A DNA stretch of 64,000 nucleotides from Candidatus Latescibacterota bacterium (GCA_965221775.1 CBDCSU010000006.1:736001-800000), one strand, 5' to 3'; shown: positions 1 to 10,342, counted from the first letter of the stretch. The notes: generated from the letters alone by a model not told the origin. Made by a program: numbers and translations.

Positions 1-2
1 AC

Positions 3-275
3 AACTACGGCCGCAAGGGGCGCCTCTTCACCCTCCACATGCGCAACGTGCGCGGCTCCCTGGCCACGGCGGGCGCCTTCGAGGAGACCCTGCTCGACGA
101 CGGCGACATCAACATGTTCAAGGTCCTGCTGGAACTGCGGCGGGTCGGCTTCGACGGCTGCATCAACCCCGACCACATCCCCCAGGTGGAGGGCGACGGC
201 GAGGGCGTGCACCAGGGCCTGGCCTACTCCATCGGTTACCTGCGCGCCCTGCTGGCCGCGCTCGCCGCTTCCTGA
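3..275 (+). CDS. Mannonate dehydratase (UxuA)-family protein, C-terminal part (5' truncated by window)
   Basis: LHMRNVRG...FEETLLDDGDINM...PDHIP...AYSIGYLRAL matches the UxuA-family C-terminal motifs. Confidence 0.75.
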   Translation, partial: NYGRKGRLFTLHMRNVRGSLATAGAFEETLLDDGDINMFKVLLELRRVGFDGCINPDHIPQVEGDGEGVHQGLAYSIGYLRALLAALAAS

Positions 276-294
276 CAAGAGAGAGAGGACGCCC

Positions 295-1521
295 GTGAGC
301 GAAGTGAACGAGAGCCCCAGGATCGCCGCCGTGGTCACCGAGTACCGGCCGCGGTCCCACGCCGACGTCATCGTCGGCAAGTTCCTGCGCGGCTTCCCCA
401 CCGACGACGGGTTCGTCGACCCGCGCACGCGGATCGTCTCCCTCTACATGGACCAGGTGGCGGAGAACGACATCGGCATGGAGACGGCCGAGGCCTTCGG
501 CGTGCCCGTGAGCCGCAGCATCGTCCAGGCCCTGACCCTCGGCGGCGGGGAGCTGGCCGTGGACGGGGTCCTGCTCATCGGCGAGCACGGCGACTACGCC
601 TTCAACGAGAAGGAGCAGCACCTCTACCCCCGGCGTCACTTCATGGAGCAGATCACGGGCGTGTTCTCCACCAGCGGCGGGGCGGCGCCGGTCTTCAACG
701 ACAAGCACCTGTCGTGGCGCTGGCAGGACGCCCTGTGGATGCGCGACCGCGCCGCCGAGCTGGGGGCGCCCTTCATGGCCGGCTCCTCCCTGCCCGTCTG
801 CTGGCGCGACCCCTTCCTCGAGCACGAGCTCGACGCGCCGCTGCAGGAGGCGGTGGCCGTGGGGTTCTCCGGCCTCGACATCTACGGCTTCCACACCCTC
901 GAGGTGCTGCAGTGCATGGCGGAGCGCCGCGCCGGGGGCGAGACCGGGGTCGCCGCCGTCACCTGCCTGGAGGGCGAGGCGGCCTGGGCCCACGGCCGCG
1001 GCGAGGGCGCCTGGTGGCGGGAACTGGCCGGGGCGGCGTGCGCCACCGTGGACGGGAGCGGGCGCAAGGAGGAGGGCGAGATGGAGGACCACTGCGAGAA
1101 CCCGGCCCTCTTTCTATTGGAGTACCGCGACGGCTTCCGCGGCGCCGTGGTCATGCTCAACGGCTATCTCCACGAGCTGGCCTACGCCTCGCGGCGCACC
1201 CGCGGCGAGGTGGAGGCGACCTGGTTCAAGTGCCAGGGCCACGGCGGCGAGCAGGGCGCCTACGCCCACTTCAGCTACCTGGGGCTGAACGTGGAGGAGA
1301 TGTTCCTCGGCGGCCGGGCGCAGTACCCGGTGGAGCGCACCCTGCTCACCAGCGGCGTGCTGGAGGCGGCGCTGACCTCCCGCTACGAGGGGCACGTCCG
1401 CCTGGAGACGCCCTGGCTCGACGTGGCCTACCGCTCCTTCGAGGAGCTGCTCTGGCGGCCCACCGCTCCCTCGCCCGGCGGCGCTTGCCTCGACCCCTGG
1501 CCGCCGGAGGGCTCGCCGTGA
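295..1521 (+). CDS. Conserved hypothetical protein, Gfo/Idh/MocA-like oxidoreductase fold
   Basis: 408-aa ORF with strong GC3 bias, AGAGGA RBS, motifs VDGVLLIGEHGDY, PVFNDKHL, MAGSSLP and YGFHTLE. Confidence 0.65.
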   Translation: MSEVNESPRIAAVVTEYRPRSHADVIVGKFLRGFPTDDGFVDPRTRIVSLYMDQVAENDIGMETAEAFGVPVSRSIVQALTLGGGELAVDGVLLIGEHGDYAFNEKEQHLYPRRHFMEQITGVFSTSGGAAPVFNDKHLSWRWQDALWMRDRAAELGAPFMAGSSLPVCWRDPFLEHELDAPLQEAVAVGFSGLDIYGFHTLEVLQCMAERRAGGETGVAAVTCLEGEAAWAHGRGEGAWWRELAGAACATVDGSGRKEEGEMEDHCENPALFLLEYRDGFRGAVVMLNGYLHELAYASRRTRGEVEATWFKCQGHGGEQGAYAHFSYLGLNVEEMFLGGRAQYPVERTLLTSGVLEAALTSRYEGHVRLETPWLDVAYRSFEELLWRPTAPSPGGACLDPWPPEGSP

Positions 1522-2348
1522 GGGGCCCGGTCACCATCACGGGCTTCGCCGACGAGATCGCCGCCGACGGCGGCGAGCAGATCGACGGGCTGCTGGCCGC
1601 GGGGGTGCGCCACGTGGAGGTCCGGCGCGCCGGCGGGACCAACGTCCTGGACCTGTCCGACGACGAGACCGCGGCCTTCCGCCGGCAACTGGATGACGCG
1701 GGCATCACCGTCTCGAGCGTGGGTTCCCCCATCGGCAAGACGCCGCTCCGCTCCGACCTGGAGGCCCACTTCGCCCGCTTGCTGGTCGCCCTGCGCCGCG
1801 CCGACCAGCTCGGCTGCCGCTTCGTGCGCGTGTTCTCCTTCCGCCACGAGGGCGAGACGGCGGAGCAGGTGCGCGGCGAGGTGATCGAACAGATGCGGCG
1901 CATGACGGATGCCGCTGCCGAGGCCGGGATCACCCTGGTCCTGGAGAACGAGAGCCGCATCTACGGCGACGTGCCCGAGCGCTGCGCCGACCTGATCGAG
2001 TCGGTGGGAAGCCCTCATCTGCGCGGTCTCTTCGACCCGGCGAACTTCGTCACCTGCGGCTGCGATCCGCTGCAGGCCTGGGAGCGCCTCGCCGATCACG
2101 TGATCTGGTTTCACATCAAGGACAAGGTCGCCGCGACCGACCGCGTGGTCCCCGCCGGACACGGCGACGGCGAGGTGGAGGCGGTGCTCGCGGACGCTCT
2201 CGACCGCGGCTTCAGCGGCTTCCTGTCGATCGAGCCGCACCTGAGAGCGGACGACCCCGACTTCGGCGGCACCGGCGCCGAGCGTTTCGCCATCGCCACG
2301 GCGGCCCTGCGGCGGGTGCTCGACCGGCTCGGGGCGGAGGAGGCCTGA
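1518..2348 (+). CDS. Sugar phosphate isomerase/epimerase (xylose isomerase-like TIM barrel)
   Basis: GTGA overlap with upstream stop; GFADEI, SSVGSPIGK, LENE, FDPANF, FHIKD, SIEPHL. Confidence 0.85.
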   Translation: MRGPVTITGFADEIAADGGEQIDGLLAAGVRHVEVRRAGGTNVLDLSDDETAAFRRQLDDAGITVSSVGSPIGKTPLRSDLEAHFARLLVALRRADQLGCRFVRVFSFRHEGETAEQVRGEVIEQMRRMTDAAAEAGITLVLENESRIYGDVPERCADLIESVGSPHLRGLFDPANFVTCGCDPLQAWERLADHVIWFHIKDKVAATDRVVPAGHGDGEVEAVLADALDRGFSGFLSIEPHLRADDPDFGGTGAERFAIATAALRRVLDRLGAEEA

Positions 2349-2536
2349 TGGCGCGCCGCCCGGAGCAGCCGCTTGCGCGACCGGCGGGGACCGGTTCACC
2401 GGGGCGCCTGTCTCCGCATCGCCGGACGGCGGGTCCCTCGCCCGGCCTCCGATCCTTGTGCGGACCTCCGGGGCCGCCGCCTCTGCTCTCAACATCCGCC
2501 GGACGGCGGGACCGCCGACACCAAGGAGCCAACCTC

Positions 2537-3640
2537 ATGAAACGATCACTGCTCGCCGTGACATCCCTGCTCGCGATCCTGCTCGTCCACGCCGCTCCCG
2601 CCGCCTTCGCGGAGGGAGAGGGGGACAGGTTTGACGCGCGGACCAGTCTGGACCTCTACGCAGGAGACCCGGACATCGTGCTCGCGGAGGCCCGCCTGGA
2701 GGTCCTCTACGACGGCGCCTTCTTCAGCGAGGGTCCGGCGGTGGCCCCCGACAACCGCGTCTACTTCAGCGACATCACCTTCACCCATGTCGCCGGCGAC
2801 CCGCCCCAGGCCGGCCACATCATGCGCTACGACCCGGAGACCGGCCGCACCGAGGTCTTCCGCTCGCCGAGCGGCATGTCCAACGGCCTGAAGTTCGACG
2901 CCGGGGGGCGGCTGATCGCCTGCGAGGGCGCCGACCACGGCGGGCGGCGAGTGACGCGCACCGACATGGCGACCGGCAAGTCGGTGATCCTGGCCAGCCA
3001 CTACAACGGCTTCCGCCTCAACGCGCCCAACGACCTCTCCATCGACGAGAAGGGCCGCATCTACTTCTCCGATCCGAAGTACCTCGGCCACGAGCCGATG
3101 GAGCAGGAGGTCTTCGGCGTCTACCGCATCGACCCCGACGGCTCGATCACGCGCATCATCACCGACGCCGGCAAGCCCAACGGCGTCGCCGTGTCACCGG
3201 ACCAGAAGAGCCTCTACGTCGTCTCCAACGACAACGGCAGCCACGCCTTCGACCGCTTTCCGCCGGGCACCCCGCCACCGCCCAAGGGCCGCATGGCGCT
3301 GCTGGCCTACGACCTGGCCGAGGACGGCTCGGCCTCCTTCCGCGAGATCCTGGTCGACTACGCCCCCCAGGACGGCCCCGACGGCCTGGTCTGCGACGTC
3401 GAGGGCAACCTCTACGTGGCGGTGCGCGACATGACCCGCCCCGGCATCTACGTGTACTCGCCCGAGGGCGAGGAGCGCGCCTGGATCCCCACGCCGACCC
3501 TGCCCACCAACGTCGGCTTCGGCCGCGGCGAGCGGTCGCGGACGCTGTACGTGACCTACGGCGACCGCTCCCAAGGCCAGGCCTCGGTGCTGGCGAAGAT
3601 CGAGGTGATGAAGGAGGGGTACCAGTTGCCGGCGGAGTAG
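2537..3640 (+). CDS. SMP-30/gluconolactonase family protein with signal peptide
   Basis: AAGGAG RBS; MKRSLL...AAFA signal peptide; FSEGP, SNGL, NAPND, PNGV, PDGL propeller motifs. Confidence 0.9.
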   Translation: MKRSLLAVTSLLAILLVHAAPAAFAEGEGDRFDARTSLDLYAGDPDIVLAEARLEVLYDGAFFSEGPAVAPDNRVYFSDITFTHVAGDPPQAGHIMRYDPETGRTEVFRSPSGMSNGLKFDAGGRLIACEGADHGGRRVTRTDMATGKSVILASHYNGFRLNAPNDLSIDEKGRIYFSDPKYLGHEPMEQEVFGVYRIDPDGSITRIITDAGKPNGVAVSPDQKSLYVVSNDNGSHAFDRFPPGTPPPPKGRMALLAYDLAEDGSASFREILVDYAPQDGPDGLVCDVEGNLYVAVRDMTRPGIYVYSPEGEERAWIPTPTLPTNVGFGRGERSRTLYVTYGDRSQGQASVLAKIEVMKEGYQLPAE

Positions 3641-3686
3641 CGGCAGCCCAATCCCATTCTTTGCAGAACAGGATTTGGATTCCTAA

Positions 3687-3830
3687 TTGGTAAAGAAATC
3701 CTGCCAAGGGCGAACGGAGCTGCCGGTGGAGCAGGACTACTACCTCGTCTACGGAGGCGAGGAGAGCCAGGACCGCGCCCACGGCACCGTCCTGGGGTGG
3801 CGGGATACGGGGGAGCTGGCCAGGGGCTAA
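3687..3830 (+). pseudogene. Probable remnant C-terminus of an AAA_14/DUF4143 ATP-binding protein
   Basis: Frame reads ELPVEQDYYLVYGGEESQDRAHGTVLGWRD...TAA(3830), similar to DUF4143 C-termini; preceded by an AT-rich palindromic stretch. Confidence 0.45.
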
Positions 3831-5218
3831 CCCGGGATCTGCAGCGGCGCGCAGGGAAGCACCGCCACCCGCAGATTTCCCGCGGGCAGGTCCGCAACCA
3901 GCTCGTCCCAGGAGCCGTAGCGGCGGCTGTTGGGAAACTGGACCCGCCGCTTCCACTCCGGGAAGCCCTCCGAGCACATGATCAGCGGCGCCCGCCGGGC
4001 CATGACCCGCTTGGCCGCCGTGTTGCGGCGGATGGTGCCCCTCCCCTCCTCGTAGGCGCGGTAGCTGACGTCGGTGCGGTCCGCCTCGCGCCGCAGGCGG
4101 CGGTGGCCCAGCTCGCGCAGGGGGGCCAGCCCGAGGAGGGCCCCCGCGAGTCCCCGGCAGCAGCCGTTGGTGCGCGCCTGGCTGATGGCGCCGCAGAGCA
4201 TGTTGATCAGCGAGGCCTTCTGGAACTCGCTCCAGCCGTGGTAGGCGATGCCGTCGCAGGCGGGGTCGTGGAGGACCAGCCGCGCCTTGGGGAAGACCCG
4301 CCGCGGCCACTGCGACTTGGAGACCTGCACGGGATCGGCGTCGAGGGGGTAGGCGTTGGCGATCACGAGGTCCGCCTCCCGCCGCAGCTCCTCCGGGATC
4401 TCGGTGCGGTAGATGCGGCGGGCCTGCTCCACCGCCCCGGCGTGGGCGCCCCCCGGCTCGCCGGCGGTGACGGCGGCGATCTGCCGCCGGGAGTTGACCA
4501 CCACGTTCACGGAGAAGCCGAGGCCGGCGCGCCCGGCGAAGGCCTCGATCACCTCGCGGGCGTCCGGGCGGCGGGAGGCCGGCTCGGTGCCGCCGCGGGG
4601 GCGCTTGGCCTCGAAGCTGTGCAGCTCGGCGATGCTGAGGATCCCGGCGCAGCCGGGCAGCAGGATCTTGCAGCCGCCGCTGAAGCCGGTCATGGTGTGG
4701 GGCAGGACGCAGCTGACGCCGATGACGATTCCGGCGTCCATCACCCGGCCGTTGACGATCACCGGCATGCCGGAGGGCAGCCGCCCGAGGTCGCGCAGGT
4801 CCGGGCCGAAGGCGTCGTGGCAGTGGACGGGGTAGCGGCGGCAGATCTCGGCGCCCAGCTTGCGCTCCATCTCGTCTCGCGTGAGCGGCCGGTGCGAGCC
4901 GGTGGCCACGAGGAAGGAGATGCCGCCCTCGGGCACGCCGGCCTCGGCCAGGATCTTCAGCAGGTGGGGGACAATGCGGTGCGCCGGCGTCGGCCGGCCG
5001 AGGTCGTCGACGACGATGAGCGCCGTCCCCTTGCCGCGGGCGGTTTCTTGCAGGGGCGGGCCGGCGGTGGGCTCGCGCAGGGCGCGGAGGAGGTCCTCCT
5101 GGGAGAGCTCCGGCGCATCGGCCGGCGGCAGGACCTCGACGCTCCAGGCGTCGGGCACGGCCAGCTCGACATCGGTGTCGCCGTGCCAAGCGCGGGAACG
5201 CAGGGAGATCCGTACCAT
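3827..5218 (-). CDS. Lactate racemase (LarA/DUF2088) family protein
   Basis: DDLGRPTP, ATGSHR, PHTMTGFSGGCKILLPG and ELH carry the conserved LarA-family Asp/Arg/His/Lys residues. Confidence 0.85.
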   Translation of the reverse strand: MVRISLRSRAWHGDTDVELAVPDAWSVEVLPPADAPELSQEDLLRALREPTAGPPLQETARGKGTALIVVDDLGRPTPAHRIVPHLLKILAEAGVPEGGISFLVATGSHRPLTRDEMERKLGAEICRRYPVHCHDAFGPDLRDLGRLPSGMPVIVNGRVMDAGIVIGVSCVLPHTMTGFSGGCKILLPGCAGILSIAELHSFEAKRPRGGTEPASRRPDAREVIEAFAGRAGLGFSVNVVVNSRRQIAAVTAGEPGGAHAGAVEQARRIYRTEIPEELRREADLVIANAYPLDADPVQVSKSQWPRRVFPKARLVLHDPACDGIAYHGWSEFQKASLINMLCGAISQARTNGCCRGLAGALLGLAPLRELGHRRLRREADRTDVSYRAYEEGRGTIRRNTAAKRVMARRAPLIMCSEGFPEWKRRVQFPNSRRYGSWDELVADLPAGNLRVAVLPCAPLQIPG

Positions 5219-5457
5219 CAGCGAATGGATGCGGTCGAGGGCGCCTGAGTAAGGGATGCCCGGGGGAGCCCGGGGCGCGGCCGGCGGAGACTCTCCGGGG
5301 AGGCTCGGAGACCGCCGGGCGCTGCACGATCGTCACCGGAATGTAACGACGGGTCCGGCCTCCTGTCACGGCCGCCGGCGCCTCTGTCCGGGGCCGGCGG
5401 GGCTCCGTAGCTTCAGGGTTTCCACGCCGCTCCGGCCAACCAGAGGACCGCCTCCAC

Positions 5458-6765
5458 ATGTCCCGTTCCCAGTCGACTTCCGCCGCCTTTCACGACCGCG
5501 CCGCCCGCGTGATCCCCGGCGGCGTCAACAGCCCGGTGCGCGCCTTCCAGGCCGTGGGCGGCGAGCCCCTCTTCATCCGCGAAGGCAACGGCGCCGAGAT
5601 CGTCGACGCCGACGGCAACACCTACATCGACTATGTCGGCTCCTGGGGGCCGCTGATCCTCGGACACCGGCCGCCCGTGGTCGTCGAGGCCCTGGCCGAG
5701 GTCCTCGAGCGCGGCACCAGCTTCGGGGCGCCCACCGACATCGAGGTGGAGATGGCCGAGCTGATCTGCGAGATCGTGCCCTCGGTGGAGATGGTGCGCA
5801 TGGTGAACTCCGGCACCGAGGCGTGCATGACCGCCCTGCGCCTGGCCCGCGGGGTCACCGGCCGCGACCACGTGATCAAGTTCAACGGCTGCTACCACGG
5901 CCACTCCGACGGGCTGCTGGTGGAGGCCGGCTCCGGCGTGGCCACCTTCGGCATCTCCGGCTCCCCCGGCGTGCCCGCCGACGTGGCCCGCTGCACGGCG
6001 AGCATCGAGTTCAACGACCTCGACCTGCTGCGGCGCACCGTCGACGGCATCGGCCCCGGGCAGGTGGCGGCCGTCATCCTCGAGCCGGTGCCCGGCAACA
6101 TGGGCCTCGTGCCGCCGCAGGAGGGCTTTCTCCAGGGCGTGCGCAACCTGTGCACCGAGCACGGCATCCTGCTGATCTTCGACGAAGTCATGACCGGTTT
6201 CCGCGTCGCCCTCGGCGGCGCCCAGGAGCGCTTCGGCATCACCCCCGACCTGAGCACGTACTCGAAGGTCATCGGCGGCGGCCTGCCGGTGGGCGCCTTC
6301 GGCGGCCGGGCGGAGCTGATGTCGCAGCTGGCTCCCGCCGGTCCCGTGTACCAGGCCGGCACCCTGTCGGGGAACCCCCTGGCCATGACCGCGGGACTCG
6401 CCACACTCCGCCACCTCCGCGACACCGACCCCTACGACGGACTCGAGGCCCTCGGGCGGCGCTGGGTCGAGGGCATGCGCTCCGCCGCGTCCGCCGCCGG
6501 CGTGCCGGCCACCGTCGGTCACTGCGGTTCCATGGTGGGCCTGTTCTTCCACCCCGGTCCGGTGCGCAGCTACGCCGACGCGAGCCAGTCCGACACCGGT
6601 CTCTTCCAGCGCTACTTCCGGGGCATGCTCGAGGAGGGGATCTACCTCGCCCCCTCCGCCTTCGAGGCCGGCTTCCTGTCGACGCGGCACACCGAGGAGA
6701 TGGTGGACCGCACCGTCGAGGCCGCGGGCCGGGTCCTCGGCCGCATTGCGCAGGACCCATCGTGA
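5458..6765 (+). CDS. hemL: Glutamate-1-semialdehyde 2,1-aminomutase
   Basis: IPGGVNSPVRAF, DYVGSWGPLILGH, NSGTEA, GCYHGH, FDEVMTGFR, KVIGGGLPVGA, YQAGTLSGNP. Confidence 0.97.
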   Translation: MSRSQSTSAAFHDRAARVIPGGVNSPVRAFQAVGGEPLFIREGNGAEIVDADGNTYIDYVGSWGPLILGHRPPVVVEALAEVLERGTSFGAPTDIEVEMAELICEIVPSVEMVRMVNSGTEACMTALRLARGVTGRDHVIKFNGCYHGHSDGLLVEAGSGVATFGISGSPGVPADVARCTASIEFNDLDLLRRTVDGIGPGQVAAVILEPVPGNMGLVPPQEGFLQGVRNLCTEHGILLIFDEVMTGFRVALGGAQERFGITPDLSTYSKVIGGGLPVGAFGGRAELMSQLAPAGPVYQAGTLSGNPLAMTAGLATLRHLRDTDPYDGLEALGRRWVEGMRSAASAAGVPATVGHCGSMVGLFFHPGPVRSYADASQSDTGLFQRYFRGMLEEGIYLAPSAFEAGFLSTRHTEEMVDRTVEAAGRVLGRIAQDPS

Positions 6766-7610
6766 ACGCCGCCGAGGCCGAACGCCGCATCCGCCACGAC
6801 GGCTTCACCCTCCTGTCCGGCGTCATCCCCGAGGGTGAGATCGCCGCCATCCGAGACACCGTGGTCGAGGCCCAGCGCCGCCGCCGCGCCGAGTCGGAAG
6901 CCCTCCTCGCCTCCATCCGCGCCAAGGGCCACCGCGTCAGCGTCACCGGCGTCGACAGCCTGCGCGGGGTCATCAACGAGACCCCGCTCTTCGCCCCCTA
7001 CCTCGCCGACGAGCGCCTCCTCGACCTCTGCCGGGCCTTCTTCGGCGACCACGTCCGCATCACCACCACCGACTGCGTCATCAACCGCCCGGGCTGCGGC
7101 CGCGGCTTCTGGCACGCCGACTGGCCCTACAACCAGACCAACGCCAGCCACATCCCGGCGCCCTACCCCGACGCCCTGCTGCACCTGTCGACGATCTGGA
7201 TGCTCACCGACTTCACGGCCGAAAACGGAGGCACGCTGCTGGTGCCCGGCAGCCACCGCTTCGGGACCAACCCCTCCGGGGGAACGCTGGACGGCGTCGA
7301 CCCCGACGCCCCGTACCCCACCGAGACCCACGCCGTGGGGACCGCCGGCAGCGTCCTGGCCTACGACAGCCGACTGTGGCACGCCGTGCCGCCGAACCGC
7401 TCCGACGAGGCGCGCGTGGCCCTGGTCGTGCGCTACGGCCCGTGGTGGCTCAACCTCGAGCCGACGCGGGAAGGGTCGGCCGAGCACACCGCCATGGTGG
7501 TGGAGACGAACGGCAAGAACTACGCCTCGCCCGAGATCCGGCCCGAGGTCTGGGCGGATCTGCCCGAGACGGTGAAGCCCCTCTACCGGCACTGGGTGGC
7601 GGCGGACTGA
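6762..7610 (+). CDS. Phytanoyl-CoA dioxygenase (PhyH) family protein
   Basis: GTGA overlap; WHADW (HxD), LTDFTAENGGTLLVPGSH, LWH...R. Confidence 0.9.
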   Translation: MNAAEAERRIRHDGFTLLSGVIPEGEIAAIRDTVVEAQRRRRAESEALLASIRAKGHRVSVTGVDSLRGVINETPLFAPYLADERLLDLCRAFFGDHVRITTTDCVINRPGCGRGFWHADWPYNQTNASHIPAPYPDALLHLSTIWMLTDFTAENGGTLLVPGSHRFGTNPSGGTLDGVDPDAPYPTETHAVGTAGSVLAYDSRLWHAVPPNRSDEARVALVVRYGPWWLNLEPTREGSAEHTAMVVETNGKNYASPEIRPEVWADLPETVKPLYRHWVAAD

Positions 7611-7671
7611 CCTTGGCGCCTCCGTCGGCGCCGCCTATCCTGTTTTCCCGTTCCGCCCCTCCTTCGCAAGG

Positions 7672-9132
7672 ATGCCGCCTACCGTGAACGAGCGCCCCAA
7701 CATCCTCCTGGTGATGACCGACCAGCAGCGCGGCGACTGCGTGGCCGCCGACCCCGTGGCCCCGGCGCCGCTGCAGACGCCCAACCTCGACGCCCTCGCC
7801 CGCTCCGGCGCCCACTTCCTGCACGCCTACGCCGAGAGCCCGAGTTGCATCCCGGCGCGCCGCAGCCTCATGTCGGGCACGGCGCCGGCGGCCAACGGCG
7901 CCGTCGGCTTCCGCGGCGGCGTCGAGTGGAACCCGCCGGCCACCCTGGCCGGGGAGCTGTCCCGCGCCGGCTACCAGACCGAGATGATCGGCAAGCTGCA
8001 CCTGCACCCCGACCGCCGGCGCTACGGCTTCGACCACATGCAGCTGGCCAACTCCACGCGGGGCGGCGACAACGAGTACGTGCAGTGGCTGCGCCACATC
8101 CACGGCCGCCGCGAGGTCGACCCGGCCATGGCCCACGGCGTGTCGTCCAACGGCTGGGTGGGTCGCCCCCACCACCTGCCCGAGGAGCAGATGCACACCT
8201 TCTGGGTCATCGACCGGGCCATGGAGTTCCTGCAGCGCCGCGACCCGAGCTGCCCCTTCTTCCTCAACCTCTCCTTCATCGATCCCCATCCGCCCCTGAC
8301 GCCGCCGCGGTTCTACTACGACCGCTACATCGACCGCGACCTGCCGCCCCCCGACATGGGCAACTGGGCCGACGACCTCGGCGGACCCCAACGCGGGCTG
8401 AGCACCGACGCCTCGCGCATCCACCTCGACGACGACCAGATACGCTGCGCCCGCGCCGCCTACTACGGCATGATCAACTTCATCGACGACCAGCTCGGCC
8501 GACTCTTCCAGCACTCGGGCGGCGTGCTGCGCGACACCCTCGTGATCTTCACCTCCGACCACGGCGAGATGCTCGGCGACCACCACCTCTTCCGGAAGAC
8601 CTGGCCCTACGAGTCCTCGGCGCGCATCCCCTTCCTGCTGCGGGCGCCGGCCAGCTGGAAGCTGGAGGGCGGCTTGCAGCCCACGGCGCCGGTGGGCCTG
8701 CAGGACGTCATGCCCACGCTGCTCGACGCCGCGGGGGTGCAGGTGCCGGAGTCGTGCACCGGCCGCAGCCTGCTGCCCGTGCTGCGCGGGGAGACCGACG
8801 GCGTGCGCGAGGTCCTCCACGGCGAGCACTCCGGCTGCTACGCCTACGAGGAGGGCAACCACTTCCTGGTGGACGGGAACCACAAGTACATCTGGTATTC
8901 CCAGACCGGGCGCGAGCACCTCTTCGACCTCGACGCCGACCCCCGGGAACTGCACGACCTCGCTTTGGACGCAGACGCGGAGGCGAGACTGGCCCCGTGG
9001 CGGGAGCGGCTGGTGGAGGTGCTGCGGGGGCGGCCGGAGGGGTGTGTGGAAGGGGACCGGCTGGTGGCGGGTCAGCGGCATGATACGCTGCTGCCGGGGT
9101 ATGACCCGGACAAGAGCTGGCCGTTTCTGTGA
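7672..9132 (+). CDS. Sulfatase (formylglycine-dependent arylsulfatase family); start may be GTG 7684
   Basis: RPNILLVMTDQQR, CIPAR (CxPxR), GKLH, DPHPP, TSDHGEMLGDH. Confidence 0.93.
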   Translation: MPPTVNERPNILLVMTDQQRGDCVAADPVAPAPLQTPNLDALARSGAHFLHAYAESPSCIPARRSLMSGTAPAANGAVGFRGGVEWNPPATLAGELSRAGYQTEMIGKLHLHPDRRRYGFDHMQLANSTRGGDNEYVQWLRHIHGRREVDPAMAHGVSSNGWVGRPHHLPEEQMHTFWVIDRAMEFLQRRDPSCPFFLNLSFIDPHPPLTPPRFYYDRYIDRDLPPPDMGNWADDLGGPQRGLSTDASRIHLDDDQIRCARAAYYGMINFIDDQLGRLFQHSGGVLRDTLVIFTSDHGEMLGDHHLFRKTWPYESSARIPFLLRAPASWKLEGGLQPTAPVGLQDVMPTLLDAAGVQVPESCTGRSLLPVLRGETDGVREVLHGEHSGCYAYEEGNHFLVDGNHKYIWYSQTGREHLFDLDADPRELHDLALDADAEARLAPWRERLVEVLRGRPEGCVEGDRLVAGQRHDTLLPGYDPDKSWPFL

Positions 9133-9154
9133 TGCCGCCGAAGGGACAGGACCG

Positions 9155-10342
9155 ATGATCACCGAACTCAAGATCGAAGGCTTCAAGAGTTTTGGGTCCC
9201 CGGAAGAGACGATCGAGTTGGGGCCGCTCAACTTCGTGGTAGGCGCCAACGCATCCGGAAAGACAAACCTGCTCTCCGCCCTGCGATTCCTTCAGAACGC
9301 TGTAATCCATGACGTGTCCTATGCCGTGAGCGAGATGGGCGGCAATGCCGAAGTCAGGAACAAGCGCCTTCGCCAGCGCAGTGAACCGAAACCGGTCCGG
9401 CTGTCGCTGAAACTCGAGACGGAGTTCCAAGTCTCCCTGCCGGAAGACTCGAGCCAGAAGAAGGACCTGGATGTCGTGCGATCCTTCGAGTACCAGCTGG
9501 TGCTCGACCTGAGGAGTGATGCGACTCCCAGCATCGAAGCAGAATCCCTGAAAGCAGAACTCGTGCAGAACGGCAAGAGGCATGCCATTGGCCTGCAGAG
9601 GTCTGGCACCATGCTTGTCGTCATGGATCCGACAACGGGGTATGCCAGGGAGAGGACGCTTGCCGTCCCCGAGCAGGAACCAACTCGACTCGCTCTCGTT
9701 GGAGTCGGGTTCCTCCCAAGGCCGCGAACCATCCTCCGGGAGGAGATCGACGGCTGGAGATTCCACAACTTCATTCCAAGTGTTGCCAGGCAACCATATC
9801 GAGAGGAACCCGACGCTACCCTTGGTCCAGCAGGAGAGAGGCTTGCCGCGATCCTGCACGGGATGAGCGAGGAGGACCGAGCTTCGATCTCCCGGGAGCT
9901 TACGGCGATCGTCCCCGGACTCAAGATTGAAGACACCCTGGCCTTTCAGATCGTGGAGGACAAGGTCAGGGCCTCCATCATTCCTGCCTCCGTCTCAGAC
10001 GGTACCGTCCGGTTGCTCGCCCTGCTCGTCGTCACTACCTGGAGCGTTCAGGACTCCTCCCTCATCGCGATCGAGGAGCCGGAGAACGGCGTCCATCCTC
10101 ACCTGGCGGAATACCTCGTGGAGATCCTGAGGTCCGCCTCCGAGCAGAGTCAGGTCATCGTAACGACGCACTCCCCCGCCCTGCTCGATCACCTGGAACC
10201 TCAGGAGGTCATCCTCTGTGACAAGAAGGATGGATTCACGAAACTCCAGAGTGCATCGAGCGTCGCCGACATCGACCAGTTTCGAAAGCACTTCAGCCTT
10301 GGCGAGCTGTGGTCACAAGGTGCGGTCGGGGCCGTCCCGTGA
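9155..10342 (+). CDS. AAA_21/ABC-type ATPase (SMC/RecF-like, defence-associated)
   Basis: Walker A GANASGKT, signature SDGT, Walker B IAIEEPENGVHP, H-loop TTHSP; lower GC than flanks. Confidence 0.88.
   Translation: MITELKIEGFKSFGSPEETIELGPLNFVVGANASGKTNLLSALRFLQNAVIHDVSYAVSEMGGNAEVRNKRLRQRSEPKPVRLSLKLETEFQVSLPEDSSQKKDLDVVRSFEYQLVLDLRSDATPSIEAESLKAELVQNGKRHAIGLQRSGTMLVVMDPTTGYARERTLAVPEQEPTRLALVGVGFLPRPRTILREEIDGWRFHNFIPSVARQPYREEPDATLGPAGERLAAILHGMSEEDRASISRELTAIVPGLKIEDTLAFQIVEDKVRASIIPASVSDGTVRLLALLVVTTWSVQDSSLIAIEEPENGVHPHLAEYLVEILRSASEQSQVIVTTHSPALLDHLEPQEVILCDKKDGFTKLQSASSVADIDQFRKHFSLGELWSQGAVGAVP

Noticed and set aside
5219-5457. hemL leader as a cobalamin or other riboswitch
   Set aside because: No B12-box or other conserved riboswitch motif could be identified.
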